DNA of 63,566 bases, filler included, from Guillardia theta CCMP2712 (GCF_000315625.1; 4 parts of 4 records of this genome joined end to end with filler, not necessarily neighbours in it), one strand, 5' to 3'. Numbered from the whole stretch's first letter, positions 29,781 through 43,143 are shown. Translations and numbers: made by a program. The notes: generated by a model from the letters alone, not told the origin.

Positions 29781-30300
29781 ATGTTCCGTTACGACAGCAG
29801 CTGGACTGACTCGCAGAAGCTCGCAGGCAATCCAAGGATGCTCACGGCGTTGAAGCAGATGGCGAAGCCGCACGCTCGCGGATACTTTGGAGTAGAGGCC
29901 AAGGCTTACGGTTACTCCACCCATGTTGACCTCGACAAGCTCAAGGTAGAGGTCAAGAAGGGAGGGGGAAGGGAGGAGAGTAGGAGGCTAGAGGAGAGGG
30001 GAAGAGGAGGAGAGTAGGAGGCTAGAGGAGAGGAGAGTGTGGGGGGAGGGGAGGGGAGGGGATCAAGAGAGAACTTGAAGGAGGCGGGAGAGGAGGTGGG
30101 GCGTCGATGTGAGTCTCCTTGTCTTCAGGTCCCTTCAGCTCATCACATCTTCCACTGTGCTCGTGAGCTCAACGCCTTCAACGATGGCTGGAACACGACC
30201 GCCCCGTCGGTAAGACGTCACGTGTAGTTGGCGAGCGAGTTTGGATGTGCTGTTGGTTATGGTGTATCTTTTTGTTGAGAGTGGTTCGGCAGGACTGTAC
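29781..30300 (+). CDS. Exons of a hypothetical protein
   Basis: Exon ...HVDLDKLK (donor at 29946) splices to VPSAHHIFHCARELNAFNDGWNTTAPS with canonical sites; full gene extent unknown. Confidence 0.35.
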
Positions 30301-30937
30301 ATGATGAATGTGTTGAAAATCCTTGCTAGAAGGTGAGCTGTCTTCTAAACCTCAGACCGCAAAGATATCCTACAGCACTGCTGCAGTTTATCTGGTGAAT
30401 GAGTTTGGATGTACACGCTGAACTCATCCTTGCTCGTGACTTGTCACAGCACGATGAATGATGTTGATGAGAGAGGGAAGTCTACGAGAGGAAGGGAGAG
30501 AGAGAAGAGGGAGACAAGAGACAAACATGTGGGATGGTCAAGGAGGGCAGCTATGGCAGTTGATGCTTCTGACACGTTCTTACAGGATTGTTAAGATACT
30601 CCTCATGTGGAGTTTGTAGGTAGAAGGCTAACAGGGCCTTCTCATGTTTATTGTCAGCATGACATTTGAAATTTAAATCTCATGACTAAGCTACTCCTTT
30701 CTATCCCTCATTCTCCTCCTCTCCTGTTTGCATCTGGATTGATTTGCAATTTCCAACCGCCGTCTTCTCTCCTACTCTCCCATTGTTTCCCCGTGCCCTC
30801 CTTCGTCATGTTGGCTGCTGTCCAGGTTTTCGCGCTGTTATTATGCAAGTTATCTACAGTCCCTTCTGTCGCCTCAGTTCCCTCCCATCCTCTCCTCTCC
30901 TCTTCTCTTCTGCTCTCCTCGCCTCGTCTCGCCACGT

Positions 30938-32514
30938 CTATCCCCTCCTCTCATCCTCGCAGAAGTCTTTCAGCCTGCGACAATCGTCAACTTGATTCTT
31001 CGATCCTTGCAGCGTCACCTCCCATTGGCCCATTCGATGAGCGTACTCGAGCGGCTGCCATGGCGTGACTTCAGGGTGAGGGCCAAAGAAAGGGGCGGGG
31101 GAGGAGGAGCATGAAGAGAGAGATGAGCGAGTGGAAGCGAGTGGAAGGACGCGGACCGTTCGACCGTACGAGTCGCACAAGCTCCGATCAGCACCGAAGT
31201 CGAGGAGAACCTGGAGGAAAGAGATGCGAGAGCAAGGGGATGAGCGAGGAGCAGACGGAGGACGGAGGACGGAGGACGAGAAGGAGGAGATGCAAAAGAG
31301 GGCAGGCAAGTCTGGATCAGTCTTCAAGGAGGAGGAGGAGGAGAGAGGAGACCTTGATAGTGGGAAGCTGGCTGCTGCCTGCGGCGTAATGGAGTGGAGT
31401 GAAGCTGTTCAAGTCCTGTAGACACTGAGAGGAAGCGTTTCCCTCAGACCTCACAGACCTGACAGTTGACGGAGACGCCGGACCGGACGAGACGGTCAAC
31501 GAGATGGGCCTGCTCCAGCCTCCCGTAAGGTCCTCCTGCCCCTGCCCCTGCCCCTGCCCCTGCCCCTGCCCCTGCCCCTGCCCCTGCCCCTGCCCCTGCT
31601 CAACCGTCTCCCCCATCTTATCCCAACCCCCGCTCCCCGCTTCATTGCTTCCTCTTCTTACGTCTCCTTTGGCTGCAGCTTGCATGAGTCTCGTCTCGTC
31701 TACGGGCTGCGCATCATCAGGGGATGCGGTTGACGTTTCCTCCCTCCAGTACCTGCGCACAGACCATCCTTTGAAGCCCCCGAGCCGCCGGCCTCTCAGC
31801 CTGGTAATTGGAACATCTTAATTATCTCCATTCTCCCTCCCCTCCCTCTTATTCCCTCTCCCTCTCCCTTCCTTCATCCCTGTTGCTGTCCCTCCCTCTG
31901 CCTCTCTCCTTCCCTCTTGATCTCCCTCTTTCCTCTCCCTTCTCATCTTTCCTCCTCCACCAGTCTCACCGCGAGCCAAGGAAACATCATGTTGCCTCTG
32001 CTGTCGCTCGACCGGGAGGTTGAAGAGAGCTGGACGTGGAGGTAAGAAGAAACGAAGGGGAACACAGGGAAGACAAGAAAAGGAGGGTAGAGGGAAGACA
32101 AGAGCAGGAGGGTAGAGGGAAAAGAGGAACAGGGAGGCAGAGTGGTACACGCACGCCTGAATCGCAAGCATGTCAGCATCAGCTCGAATCAAGACAAGGC
32201 ACAAGACCTTGATGATGTGGTGGAGACGGTTGTTCCTGCCAGTGCCAGACATGAGCCAACCCTTCCTCTTCCTCCTCTTCACTCTGCATCTCCTCCAACC
32301 CCCCGCACCTCCTCCCCCATCTGTGCCCCCCATCCCCTCCGCCTTCCTTTCTTCGCTTACCGACACCCTCGACCCTGACACATGAGCATGAGACAGGAAA
32401 GACAGCCGAGCAACACTAGACAACAATCTTACTTTCACTTCTCCTTGCTGTTGTTGATAATCCCAAAGTTGCTGTCGCTGTTGTTGTTGATGATGATGAT
32501 GATGATGATGATGA

Positions 32515-32563
<49 letters not shown>

Positions 32564-33638
32564 GAGGAGGAGGAGGAGGAGGAGGAGGAGGAGGAGGAGG
32601 AGGAGGAGGAGGCGCAGACGTCAAATCTGCACATGGGGCACGTCGAGTGCATCTTGGAGAGGATCAGGAGGAACTTGATGGGCGATCAGAGCACCTCAAG
32701 GAGCCACTTGTCGATGCAGGAGACGTGGAAGAAGTGACCGCAAGGAAGAGTCCTCTGAAGAGAGAAGGAGGGGGAAGGGAGGGAGGGAGGGAGGGAGAAA
32801 GCGAGCAGTAAGATGAGGCAGAAGTAGGAGAAGTACAAGAGAGCTTCTGAGCACTCAAACACTCACCACAACATCTCCTTGTGCAAGGCAACTCAAACAG
32901 ATGTAACACTCTCTGAAGGATTGCTCATGAGTTGGCAACAACAAACCACAACAAGGACCTCTCACTGTCATGTTCTTCAATCTGTCAGACAACTCTCAGA
33001 GTTGCAAGACAACTGTCGCGCAATCGTCTCACCATAGATGTAGACAGCGCATCGACGATCTCCTTGCTCGCCGTCGGCTGTGGAACGCGATCAATTCCGT
33101 GCGAGGAATCAGCGGGAAGGAGGTAGGTAGTGGGGCGGGAGAGCTGGGGAAGGGGATGGAAGAGGGGGAGCAGGACGTGCAAGAGACAGAGGATCATCGT
33201 CAACAACCCTGGAAGGAACTTCAGTCTGTCCGAGGACGCGGATCGCCTCGTCCTGCCATGCATGTTATGACCCTGCTCGCACCATCCTGCTCATCGGACC
33301 AGCAGCTGCAGCATCCTGCCGATCCTGTCTGAGGATCCTGACGGGCTCTGAGAGGAGAGAATCTCTGTAGGAGGGATCAGCAACGAGGATGAGTTGTCAT
33401 TGACAGACCATTCGTGATGAGTGACAGCGGAAACAGCAACTGCAAACGACCCATCAACCTCTCCGTGAACGCAAGCACAAACACGCACCTGTCTCGAAGA
33501 TCGAGCATGCGAATGGACTATGAGACCCCCCGGCGTGTTCTGCATGCGTCTGAGTGAGCATGTAGCGGACAAGAGGAGCTGGAGGCAGCGCACAGGAGGG
33601 CGTGTGACGACGACGATGACAGAGGCTGTTGCGCCCAT
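30938..33638 (-). CDS. Ankyrin-repeat protein (multi-exon)
   Basis: ETRLMQAAAKGD, DLNSFTPLHYAAGSSQLPTIK/VLLDFGADRSLCDSYGRT/PLEYA: canonical ankyrin motifs across GT-AG introns. 5' end uncertain. Confidence 0.7.
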
Positions 33639-34143
33639 GTCGAGCCTGTGAAGCGTCGATGTCACAATGGCGAACGAGACGAATCTCTCCTCTGCACTTG
33701 ACAGCATACTTCGTGCTTCGACCTTACACTGTCTACATCCCGTGCACTCCTCCTCCTCCTCCTCCTCCTCCTCCTCCTCCTCCTCGTGCTGCCATCATCT
33801 GAACCCATGCTCCGACTTTGTTGAAATTTCAGCCCCTCATCCCCCCTCAACCCCTTCCAGTCACTGGAAGCCTGCTGGAAGCCTGCTGGACTCCGGAAAG
33901 CGGCCTGCTGGAACTCGGAAGGCAGTCAGGGCAGAACAACTGACTGCCGCGTGTCGAGTAATTCGGCGATGAAATTTTAGAAAACAACCCGGTAACGCAT
34001 CCAAGGTGCCTGACACATCTCTCGTCTCTTCTCTCGTCTCTTCTCTCTTCTCTTCTCTCTTCTCTTCTCTCGTCTCTTCTCTCGTCTCTTCACTTGACAT
34101 CACTCAAGGATGATCGCGCCTGAAAGCGGCAGCTGCTTGGCAG

Positions 34144-34582
34144 AGGAGAGTTACAACAGTTACCCGCATGTATGCTCGCATGCGCAGGGCATTCGAAGTT
34201 GCTAACTAGCTGACAGACGCTGACACAAGTCACCTTTCCTCCGTTCAGCAAGTTCAAGATCACCATCGAGACGATTCATCGAGGCGACAGAGGCAAGGAA
34301 GCGAATGTGCACAAGCTCAGCTCGGAGCAAATGAAGAAGCTTGAAGTAGTCAACATTGATATCGCTGAGAAGCGGAAAGAGGACTCGAAGATGTACGATG
34401 GCGCTGATAACGACCCTGCAAGGTGGTGCTGGCATGGGAAGCTGTGGAATCTGATGGAGCTCAGGTTTAGGTCGCAGAGAACTGGACGAGGTCCGCTAGA
34501 AAGAGGATGGCAAGAACGAGTGGACCCTGTGATGTGCGCCTACAAACTTGTGTCGTGCGAGTTCGATTATTGGGGTTTACAG
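34144..34582 (+). pseudogene. Phosphatidylinositol transfer protein (PITP family) internal fragment
   Basis: EESYNSYPH / KFKITIETIH..D.G..ANVHKL...VVNIDIAE...DPA / FRSQRTGRGPL..GW....PVMCAYKLVSCEFDYWGLQ are hallmark START-like PITP motifs. The sequence then runs straight into a microsatellite; N- and C-terminal exons not found. Confidence 0.75.
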
Positions 34583-34750
34583 ATGATGATGATGATGATG
34601 ATGATGATGGTGAAGAAGATGATGGTGAAGATGATGGTGAAGAAGAAGAAGAACAAGAACAAGAAGAAGAAGAAGAAGAAGAAGAAGAAGAACAAGAACA
34701 AGAAGAAGAAGAAGAACGAGAAGAAGAAGATTGATATTATGATGATGAAG
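34582..34750. repeat. Compound (GAT)n/(GAA)n microsatellite
   Basis: Seen directly. Confidence 0.9.
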
Positions 34751-35173
34751 CTGTTTCTGACGATGGAGATAACAGAGAGTTCTGCTGTGAGCCTTCCAGG
34801 CCTCGGCCCTGCTGGGAGCCCTGCAACTAGCTACGGGCTATCAGCAAGTGACGGCGGACCATTGGAACTTGGAAGGTCACTGACTCGCCGCACCGGGCCA
34901 AATGATTATGCGATAAACATGGCAGGAAGAGGTTGAAAATGTCAAAGTGTTTATGGCACTGACAAGCTGCATTGTTTTATTCAAAATGAACGACAATAGC
35001 ACTTTACGAATCCTTCATCAACGAATCATGAGATGCCGTAATTGCAACCCCATCCCCAATCAGTCATACTAGAAGAGGGATCATTCCCTTCACGAGACAA
35101 CACAGAGCTCGAGATGTCATGCATGACTCTCTTTGTTCCGATGCTTCAACTGTATCCTAGCACGAGTCTTGCG

Positions 35174-35696
35174 CTGTACCGCACAGACTAGCATGGGTTC
35201 TACATGCCTGTACCGCACAGACTAGCATGGGTTCTACATGCCTGTACCGCACATGCTAGCATGGGGTCTACATGCCTGTACCGCACAGACTAGCATGGGG
35301 TCTACATGCCTGTACCGCACATGCTAGCATGGGGTCTACATGCCTGTACCGCACATGCTAGCATGGGGTCTACATGCCTGTACCGCACAGACTAGCATGG
35401 GGTCTACATGCCTGTACCGCACAGACTAGCATGGGGTCTACATGCCTGTACCGCACATGCTAGCATGGGGTCTACATGCCTGTACCGCACATGCTAGCAT
35501 GGGTTCTACATGCCTGTACCGCACAGACTAGCATGGGGTCTACATGCCTGTACCGCACAGACTAGCATGGGGTCTACATGCCTGTACCGCACAGACTAGC
35601 ATGGGGTCTACATGCCTGTACCGCACAGACTAGCACGGGGTCTACATGCCTGTACCGCACAGACTAGCATGGGGTCTACATGCCTCTACCGCACAG
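35174..35696. repeat. 34-bp minisatellite, about 15 copies (ctgtaccgcacagactagcatggggtctacatgc)
   Basis: Period 34 read directly (units start at 35174, 35208...). Two variant sites (aga/atg; ggggt/gggtt). Confidence 0.95.
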
Positions 35697-36462
35697 GGTA
35701 TCGCACGCCTCCTAGCAGCGGCAGTCTCATGCTCAATTCAATTATCTTTCGACCTCTTGGTGCCCATTATTTTCTTTCTTTTTCTGTCACGAGGGAGGTC
35801 ACGGTTTGCGGCCGGCCTCATGACCGTGACCTCCACCCATGACCACCTGAGCCTTGAGATCCACTGCTCACGCGACGTTTCTGGAAGGATCCAGAAGTCG
35901 GATCTCGTCCCGTGACAACAACCCTTGGTTGACCTCGTGACCATTGGAGGGGTCCGATGTAGTTCAAATTGGGGGTGAAGGGGTGATCTGTTTTTGGTCC
36001 CTTCGGATCCTTTGACCGAAACGATGAAAGTTCCCCGGAGCTGCATTCACGGATACCACCCCCAAAGATATTGAGATCATTGGTAATTCACACCGGTAAG
36101 TGGGGTAGTCAGAGTTTAAAGAAGCATGCTACTTGAAAGACACCCCCCCAACCCGTCACGTTGCCGTGTACACATCTGCAACACCGCTTCATCCTCCTTT
36201 GCCCCTCCCTGCTCTACCACCACCACTACCAACTCATCATCATCATCATCATCCTCCTCCTCCTCCTCCTATTCCCGTGATACCTAGGCCTCATCGTGCA
36301 AATTGTGGGCCAGATGACATCAGACACTAACAGCTGCCTTCCTCACGCATGAACGCTCTCCTCAACTCAGTTGCACATAACTGAACGAGCCATACCTCTC
36401 TTCCTTGTCTCCAGGTTGCCAACATCGACAATCTCATCTCACACCCTCCTCGACGGAACGTC

Positions 36463-37215
36463 ATGAATTGTGAATTCGACCCCTCGCGCGCCGCACGAGC
36501 CTTCCTCAGTGTCAACGATGCTCGGGACATCTACAAGTATGCTCAAGAGCATCTCTGCAGTGGCCGCGCCTGGTCCCCCACGGTAGCGAGCGTACAACTT
36601 GCCGAGAAGTATGCCATCAGTCCGAAAGCGATAAGAGACATCTGGAACAAACGGACGTGGACGACAGCGACGTTCGAGCTCTGGAGCGAGGAGGAGAAGT
36701 TTGAGTACTCCGTGAGGAAAGCCATGGAGGCAGCAGCACCAAAACCTCCAGCTCAGACCGGCAAGAAGGCGGGGCGACCTCTTGGCTCCAAAGACACAAA
36801 GCCGAGGAAGCGGAGGAACAGCAACGCGAGTCTGAGCACCAGCAACGAGCCCAGGGTACCGGATGCCGCCGACTCGTTTGGTGACGCCATGAAAGCACAG
36901 CCGCAAGCCTCAGGCTCCTCTCCCTCTCCCTCTCCCTCTCCCTCTCCCTCTCCCTCTCCCTCTCCTTCTCCCTCTCCTTCTATGGAAGTGCCCGAAGCCA
37001 ACGCTGTCCCATGCTCTGCCACTGCCGCCCAGACGGGGGCCTCATCGTACTGGCCAGAGAGACCCTACAGGCCTCCGGTAGTTGACCACGCGTTCTCGCG
37101 AGCAGGTGCGGAGCAGTGGATGCTGGACCCAGACAGGATCAGCCACTTCCTCTCCCTGCCAGCCGTTGAGCTGCAGCCTTGCGACTGGCTCTCGGAGACC
37201 CTGGTTCGGAGCTGA
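36463..37215 (+). CDS. Putative DNA-binding protein: N-terminal HTH-like domain, GRP AT-hook-like motif, (SP)n linker
   Basis: LSVNDARDIY...SVQLAEKYAISPKAIRDIWNKRTW resembles an HTH; KKAGRPLGSKDTKPRKRR is basic with a GRP core; 250-aa uninterrupted ORF. Confidence 0.6.
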   Translation: MNCEFDPSRAARAFLSVNDARDIYKYAQEHLCSGRAWSPTVASVQLAEKYAISPKAIRDIWNKRTWTTATFELWSEEEKFEYSVRKAMEAAAPKPPAQTGKKAGRPLGSKDTKPRKRRNSNASLSTSNEPRVPDAADSFGDAMKAQPQASGSSPSPSPSPSPSPSPSPSPSPSMEVPEANAVPCSATAAQTGASSYWPERPYRPPVVDHAFSRAGAEQWMLDPDRISHFLSLPAVELQPCDWLSETLVRS

Positions 37216-37749
37216 TTCCTTGCTTGCTATATGACACTCAGTCCGATCCTTCATTAGAAGATCAGTGTAGAAGGACAGGATCCCGATTGCCCATCGATGC
37301 GAAAGTTGTTGAAGGAATGAGATTGTTCGAAATAATGACGAAACGTCCTCATTCCGCTGACTTAGGATGCATAGTGTAACAAAAAAAATCCTAAATGAAT
37401 GAACGAGAGAATGAAATTCTTGTATGGTGCCCGTTGATCGTTCGACATGTTTCACGGACTTGCTTTGATGGCTCAACTCCCTCCCTCTCCCTCCCTCCCT
37501 GCTGTCTCGACTCTCTTCGCCTCACTCCTCAGTCTGCTAGTTGGTGTTTTCACTCAGCAATCCTAGACGTAGAAAGTTTGGTCGGGTCGGAGGGAGGGGG
37601 GAGGGGGTACCAGGACCAATGAATGGGGTAGGGGGGTTAGTCTTGGTAGGTATAACCCTGCATTTCTTACGTTGTTTGTACGGGTACCTATGCAAATAGT
37701 AGGGTGGCGGTGATTTGGCATTTTGAGGGTAGGGTGGTGCTGGCGGGAA

Positions 37750-40700
37750 ATGGGTGGAGGGGGGAGCAGGTTGAAGAAAGACGATGCTCCTCCTCCTCCA
37801 GCAGCAGCTGGAGGAGGAGGAGGAGGAGGAGGAGGTAAGGGAGCAGGCAAGGACAAGACAGCTGCCTCCAACATGCCCCAGGCGATGATTGGAGCGGACA
37901 AGAAGGCTTTGATGAAACAACAAGCCAAGATGGAGGAGGTTGTTAGCGATGGCTCTGACGATGAGGGGGCGTACGATTCCGATCTTGAACGACAGCTCGA
38001 GCGAGAGGAGAAGCTACTAGCGGAGCAAGAAGGGGATGACGACCACAAGAGGCTCGCCATTCAGGATCGTGCAAGGAATGAGGCTTTGCAGTGGACGTCG
38101 CTGGTGCTTCCTCCCCAGGACTTCGTTCCGGACGAAAAGTGCGAGTACAAGCCCGAGGAGGCGATCACGTTGGACTTCGTGCATGGGTATCGGGGATGGG
38201 ACTGCAACAACAACGTCTTCTTCACCATCGCAGACGAGGTCGCCTACTTCGTTGGATCGCTCGGGGTGGTACTGGAGCCATCGAGCCGAAGACAGAAGCA
38301 CTACTCCGGCCCTCCGAACAGGAGCATGAAGGAGGTAATGAGCATGGCGATGCACCCGGCAGGCTCCATTGTAGCTACAGGAGAGTTCGCGCTGGCGCCT
38401 CACATCCTGATCTGGGACCTGAGCACTTTGGCTACACTCAAGGATCTGTCGGGGGTCCACGAGGGCGGGATCTCGGCGCTAGCCTTCAGCAAGGACGGGA
38501 AGAGGTTGGCGTCGGCGGGGATGGAGAAGACAGGGAGAACCGTGTCTGTGTGGGACTGGAAGAACGACAAGAAGACCTCTCCCATCTGCTCTCAGACTCT
38601 GAAGACTCCCAAGATCATCGCCCTAGCCTTCAACCCAAGGGATGACGTGCTCGTGGCGTGTGGGGTGAACATGATCGAGTTCCTGCGCATCGGGCTGAGC
38701 AGGACAGGACAGCGAGTGCTGGAGCACCTGCCCGGGCTGTTCACGATCTCAAACTTGGCCACCCAGGGAATGTCGCCGTCCATGCTGTGCGCTGCCTTCA
38801 CTAAGACTGAGTTCTCTCTGACCACCACCATCCGCAACGCAGTGGAGGGGCTGTGTTTGACAGGCAGCGACATCGGGAACATCTACCTGTGGAAGAGAGA
38901 GGAGCAGATAGACATGATCGTCTCTGCTCACCGCAGCAGCGTCCATGCTATTGTCACGTTCGTCAACGGCTTCTGCAGCGGAGGCAAGGATGGCAAGGTC
39001 AGGGTATGGAGCAACGACCTCGAGCCCCTGAACTCATTCGACATCTCTGCCGTCCTGCAGCAGGACGTGATCGTCAAGTCGGTCGACCAGCGGCAGGGCA
39101 GGATCCTCGTGGGTACCCACACGTGCAGCATACTTGACCTGGACCAGGACACTGGGGAGGCTCAGGTCGTCATCGAAGGGCACATGGGAGGAGCCGTGGA
39201 GGCCGTGGCGTGTCATCCCACGAAGCCGTTGTACGCGTCTGGAGGAGCTGACAGGTACCTGCGCTTCTGGAACTTGGTGGACAAGGTTCTGTGGAAGAAG
39301 AAGATGCTGGATCACCCCATCAAGTCGCTCTGCTTCTCCCCCGACGGCAAGGTGATCGCAGCTGGACATGCGCTGGGATCGTGGTCGGTCCATCGGGTAG
39401 ACTCGTTGGACGAGGTGATCACGTCCAAGGATCGAAAGAAGTCAATCTTCTGCGTCAAGTTCGCCCCGAGCGGACGATACCTGGCTGTTGGGTCGGAAGA
39501 CTCGATGGTTGACCTCTACGACTGCGCGTCAGACTACGACTGGGTCGCGACGCTGCAAGGACATGCGGCTTCTGTGCTGCACCTGGACTGGTCGATCGAC
39601 TCGAGGTTCCTGCAGAGCTGCGGGTCAGAGCAGGACCTCTTGTTCTGGAACGTTGAGGAACAAACTCTCATCCCCGGCTTCGAGGAAACTTGTGACATCG
39701 AGTGGGACTCTTACTCCAGCACCGTAGGCTGGTCCGTCCAGGGCCTCGTGGGCACAGGGCTGGCCAACACGAGCTGCAGCCGCTCCCTGTCCGGTCACCT
39801 GCTGGCCTCCGGGAACACAGACGCCATGGTGCGGCTGTTCCGGTTCCCCTGCATCGTGCAGGGGGCGGAGGCGAACATGTGCTCGGGGCATGTGGGAACA
39901 GTGATGTGCGTGAGGTTCACGTGCGATGACACGTTTGTGATCTCGTGCGGGTCAGAGGATCGCTGCGTGTACCAGTGGCGGGTGACGTCAGACAGGGACG
40001 TGGGGTACGACGCGCTGGACTCGGAGACCCTCAAGACGCTGGAGAACATGGACGTGGCGATAGACCGGAGGAAGGACGTCTACGAGCAGTCGAGGATCGA
40101 CAAGCGCCTGTCCCGCCTCGAGGCCGAGCGAGTGCCGATCATGGACCCCGGCAAGGATATACCGAAGAAGGAGATGAAGCAGCGGGGGAAGGAGGGCGTG
40201 CGAGGAAACCTGTCAAGCCAGGAGGAGAAGGAGGAGGGCGGGGAGGAGGAGAAGGCTCCCAAGCCCAACATGGCGCCTGAGAAGCCGGGGATACCCGAGC
40301 AGCTCCCGGACCTGGAGGAGGGGTTTGAGGAGGTGGCTGAGGCCTACGACTCTGACTTGGAGCGGGAGAGGAAGATGAGATACCATCGAGGCCCTCAGAC
40401 TTCAGTGAGTGCAGAGGAGCGAGAGGTGGACGAAGACGGGTTCCCTGTCACCGGCGAGCCGCTCTTCGTGCTCAAGCCGCAGACCATGGCGGTTCCTCCC
40501 ACCAAGTACAGGAAGCCTGACGACGCGGACGAGCCGCCGCTGGGGGGCCTGCAGATGGAGTTCATCTACGGGGCCCGCATGCACGACACGAGGAATTGTG
40601 CGCAGTACACGGGCCATGGGCACATCGTCTTCCTGGCGGGAGCGACTGGGGTCGTGTACAACCCGATCCAGCACACGCAGAAGTTCTTCAACGGGCACAC

Positions 40701-43143
40701 CGACGACGTGATCTGCCTCTCCCTCCACCCCGACTTTATCACTGCAGCCACAGGGCAGGTGGGCAGGAAGGCGTTGCTGTGCGTGTGGAACACGTACACG
40801 ATGCAGACGCTGTCGGTGATCCGAGGCTTCCACGACTACGGCATCTGCTCGGTCAGTTTCAACTCGGACGGCTCGCTGCTGGCGTCTGTTGGGATGGATG
40901 TGGACCACAGCATCGCCGTGTGGGACTGGAAGACCGGACAGAAGCGAGCGTCAGCGACGGGGCACGTGAACAGGATCTTCTGTATCGCCTTCAACCCGAG
41001 CGACGACAGTCTGGTCAGCGCTGGAGTCGGACACATCAAGTTCTGGACCATCTCTGGACGCTTGCTAAGGGGGCAGCAGGGGAAGTTCACGCAGGGAGAC
41101 AAGAAGCAGGTGTTCTGCTCGCTGACGGTGTCAAAGAAGGGAAGAATCTTCACGGGGAGCGAGCGAGGAGAGATTTACCGCTGGAAGAACGGCGATGTCG
41201 ACTCTGTCATCAACGCTCACCATGGCCCCGTCTTCGCCCTCTGGGTCTGTCGCGACGGCTTGTGCAGCGGCGGGAAGGACGGCATGGTCAAGGTCTGGTC
41301 GCTGGCGCTGAAGCCGCTGGTGGAGTTCGACATGCGGACGCAGTCGACGGGGGTGGACAACAGCAAGGTGCGGTCGGTTTGCTGGCTGGTGCGAACGATC
41401 CTGGTAGGCACCATCGACAACGAGCTGTTCGAGATCGACATCGAGGCAGGAGCTCCTAAGCTCCTCCTGCAGGGCCATCGCTCGATGCAGGTCAACGGCC
41501 TCGCCACGCATCCGTCCAAGAGACTCTTCGTGACTGGAGGGGACGACCACTCGGTGCGGCTGTGGGACATGGACAGCCGGAAGCAGATCGGCATGCGGAT
41601 GCTGGAAGACGCGGTGAGCTCGGTGTCCGTCTCGCTGGATGGGAACCACATCGCCTGCGGGCTGCGGAACGGGAAGCTGGTGATCCTCAAGCTGCGGACG
41701 ATGAGGCCGCACCTGGAGCGGAAGGACAGGAAGCTGGCGATCCTGGAGGTGAAGTACAGCGCCAACGGGAAGTTCCTGGCAGCAGGAGGAGGCGACTGCT
41801 TCATCGACATCTACGACGTGCAATCGGAGTACGAGTGGATCGGCACGTGCGCGGGACACAAGGGAAGCATCCTAGCGCTGGACTGGTCGGCAGACTCGAA
41901 GCAGATCCAGTCGGACGACGAGAGGGGCAACCATCTTTACTGGGACGTTGAGAGCAGCAAGGAGATCCTGGTGGCGGCGGAGGTGAGGGACGTCGAGTGG
42001 TCCTCTTGGACGACGAGGATGGGTTGGTCCGTGCAAGGGATCGCGTCCAAGTTCCAGGGGCCCATGGGGATCAACACGACCTGTCGCTCCTCGTTCGGGG
42101 ACACGCTGGCGACAGGAGACGACTGGGGGATGCTGAAGCTGTTCCGGTTCCCCTGTATCACCCCTGGAGCCAAGAGCAAGAGGTACGGGGGGCACTCGGC
42201 GCGGGTGGGCAAAGTCAGGTTCTCCTTCGAGGAGAAGACCGTGCTGTCCTCCGGGCTAGTGGACGGGCTGGTGGTGCAGTGGAGGTACCTGTCGTCGGGG
42301 AAGCTGCTCGAGGCTGAGCAGGAGCTGTCAGATGATGAGGATGAGATGGAGATGGAGAAGAGGGTGGCGGCAGCTGATGACAAGGTGGACTCGGACGTGG
42401 AGAACGAGCTGGGGCTGAGCTTCGGTCGAGGAGAGTCGGAGGTGAAGGTGGACAAGTCGGGGATGCTGATGGTGAAGTCGGAGAGGATGGTGACGGGGAA
42501 GGAGCAGGTGGTGAAGGGCAGGTCCTCCACCAAGATGAACGTCAAGAACGGAGTCGATCTCAACGCCGAGCTGGACCCTCGGGAGATGGAGAAGAAGGCG
42601 GGAAAGGACTGGAGGAAGCCCATGGACGCAGACGAGGCCCCGTACAACTGCCTGCAGCTCGAGCACGTGTACGGGTATAGAGGGCACGACTGCCGGAACA
42701 ACCTCATGTACAACGAGGAAGGGAACCTGGTCTACATGGTGGGGGCGGTGGGAGTGGTATACCGCAAGGAGGGGCACATGCAAGTGTTCTACTCCGGTCA
42801 TACTGATGACGTCATCTCCCTCGCCATGCACCCCGACAAGGTGCTGGTGGCGTCCGGGCAGGTGGGGAAGTCGCCGGTGATCCTCGTGTGGAGCAGCGTG
42901 AGCATGCAGACGCTGTCGACACTGCGAGGGTTCCATGAGCTCGGGGTGGCGGCGATGAGCTTCAACAAGGACGGGACGAAGCTCGCGTCCGTAGGGCTCG
43001 ACGTGGATCACTCGATCGCCATATGGGACTGGAAGAAGGGAACGCGGATCGCGTCCTCCCCCGGACACACCGACAAGATCATGGAGGCACGGTTCAACCC
43101 CGTCGACGACGTGCTGGTGACGTGCGGGATCAGGCACATCAAG
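37750..43143 (+). CDS. EML5/EML6-like microtubule-associated protein (HELP + WD40, three modules), 3'-truncated at the contig end
   Basis: Three HELP motifs (LDFVHGYRGWDC, LQMEFIYGARMHDTR, LQLEHVYGYRGHDCRNN), many WD40 repeats, and YDSD linker motifs. One exon of about 5.4 kb ending at a GTGAG donor at 43144. Confidence 0.92.

Noticed and set aside
35174-35696. CRISPR array (also considered for 51596-51817 and 52915-53374)
   Set aside because: Contiguous tandem units without unique spacers, no cas genes, eukaryotic context.
38017-43137. Many overlapping antisense ORFs within the EML gene and the retroelements
   Set aside because: Shadow ORFs expected from the codon bias of the real coding strand.
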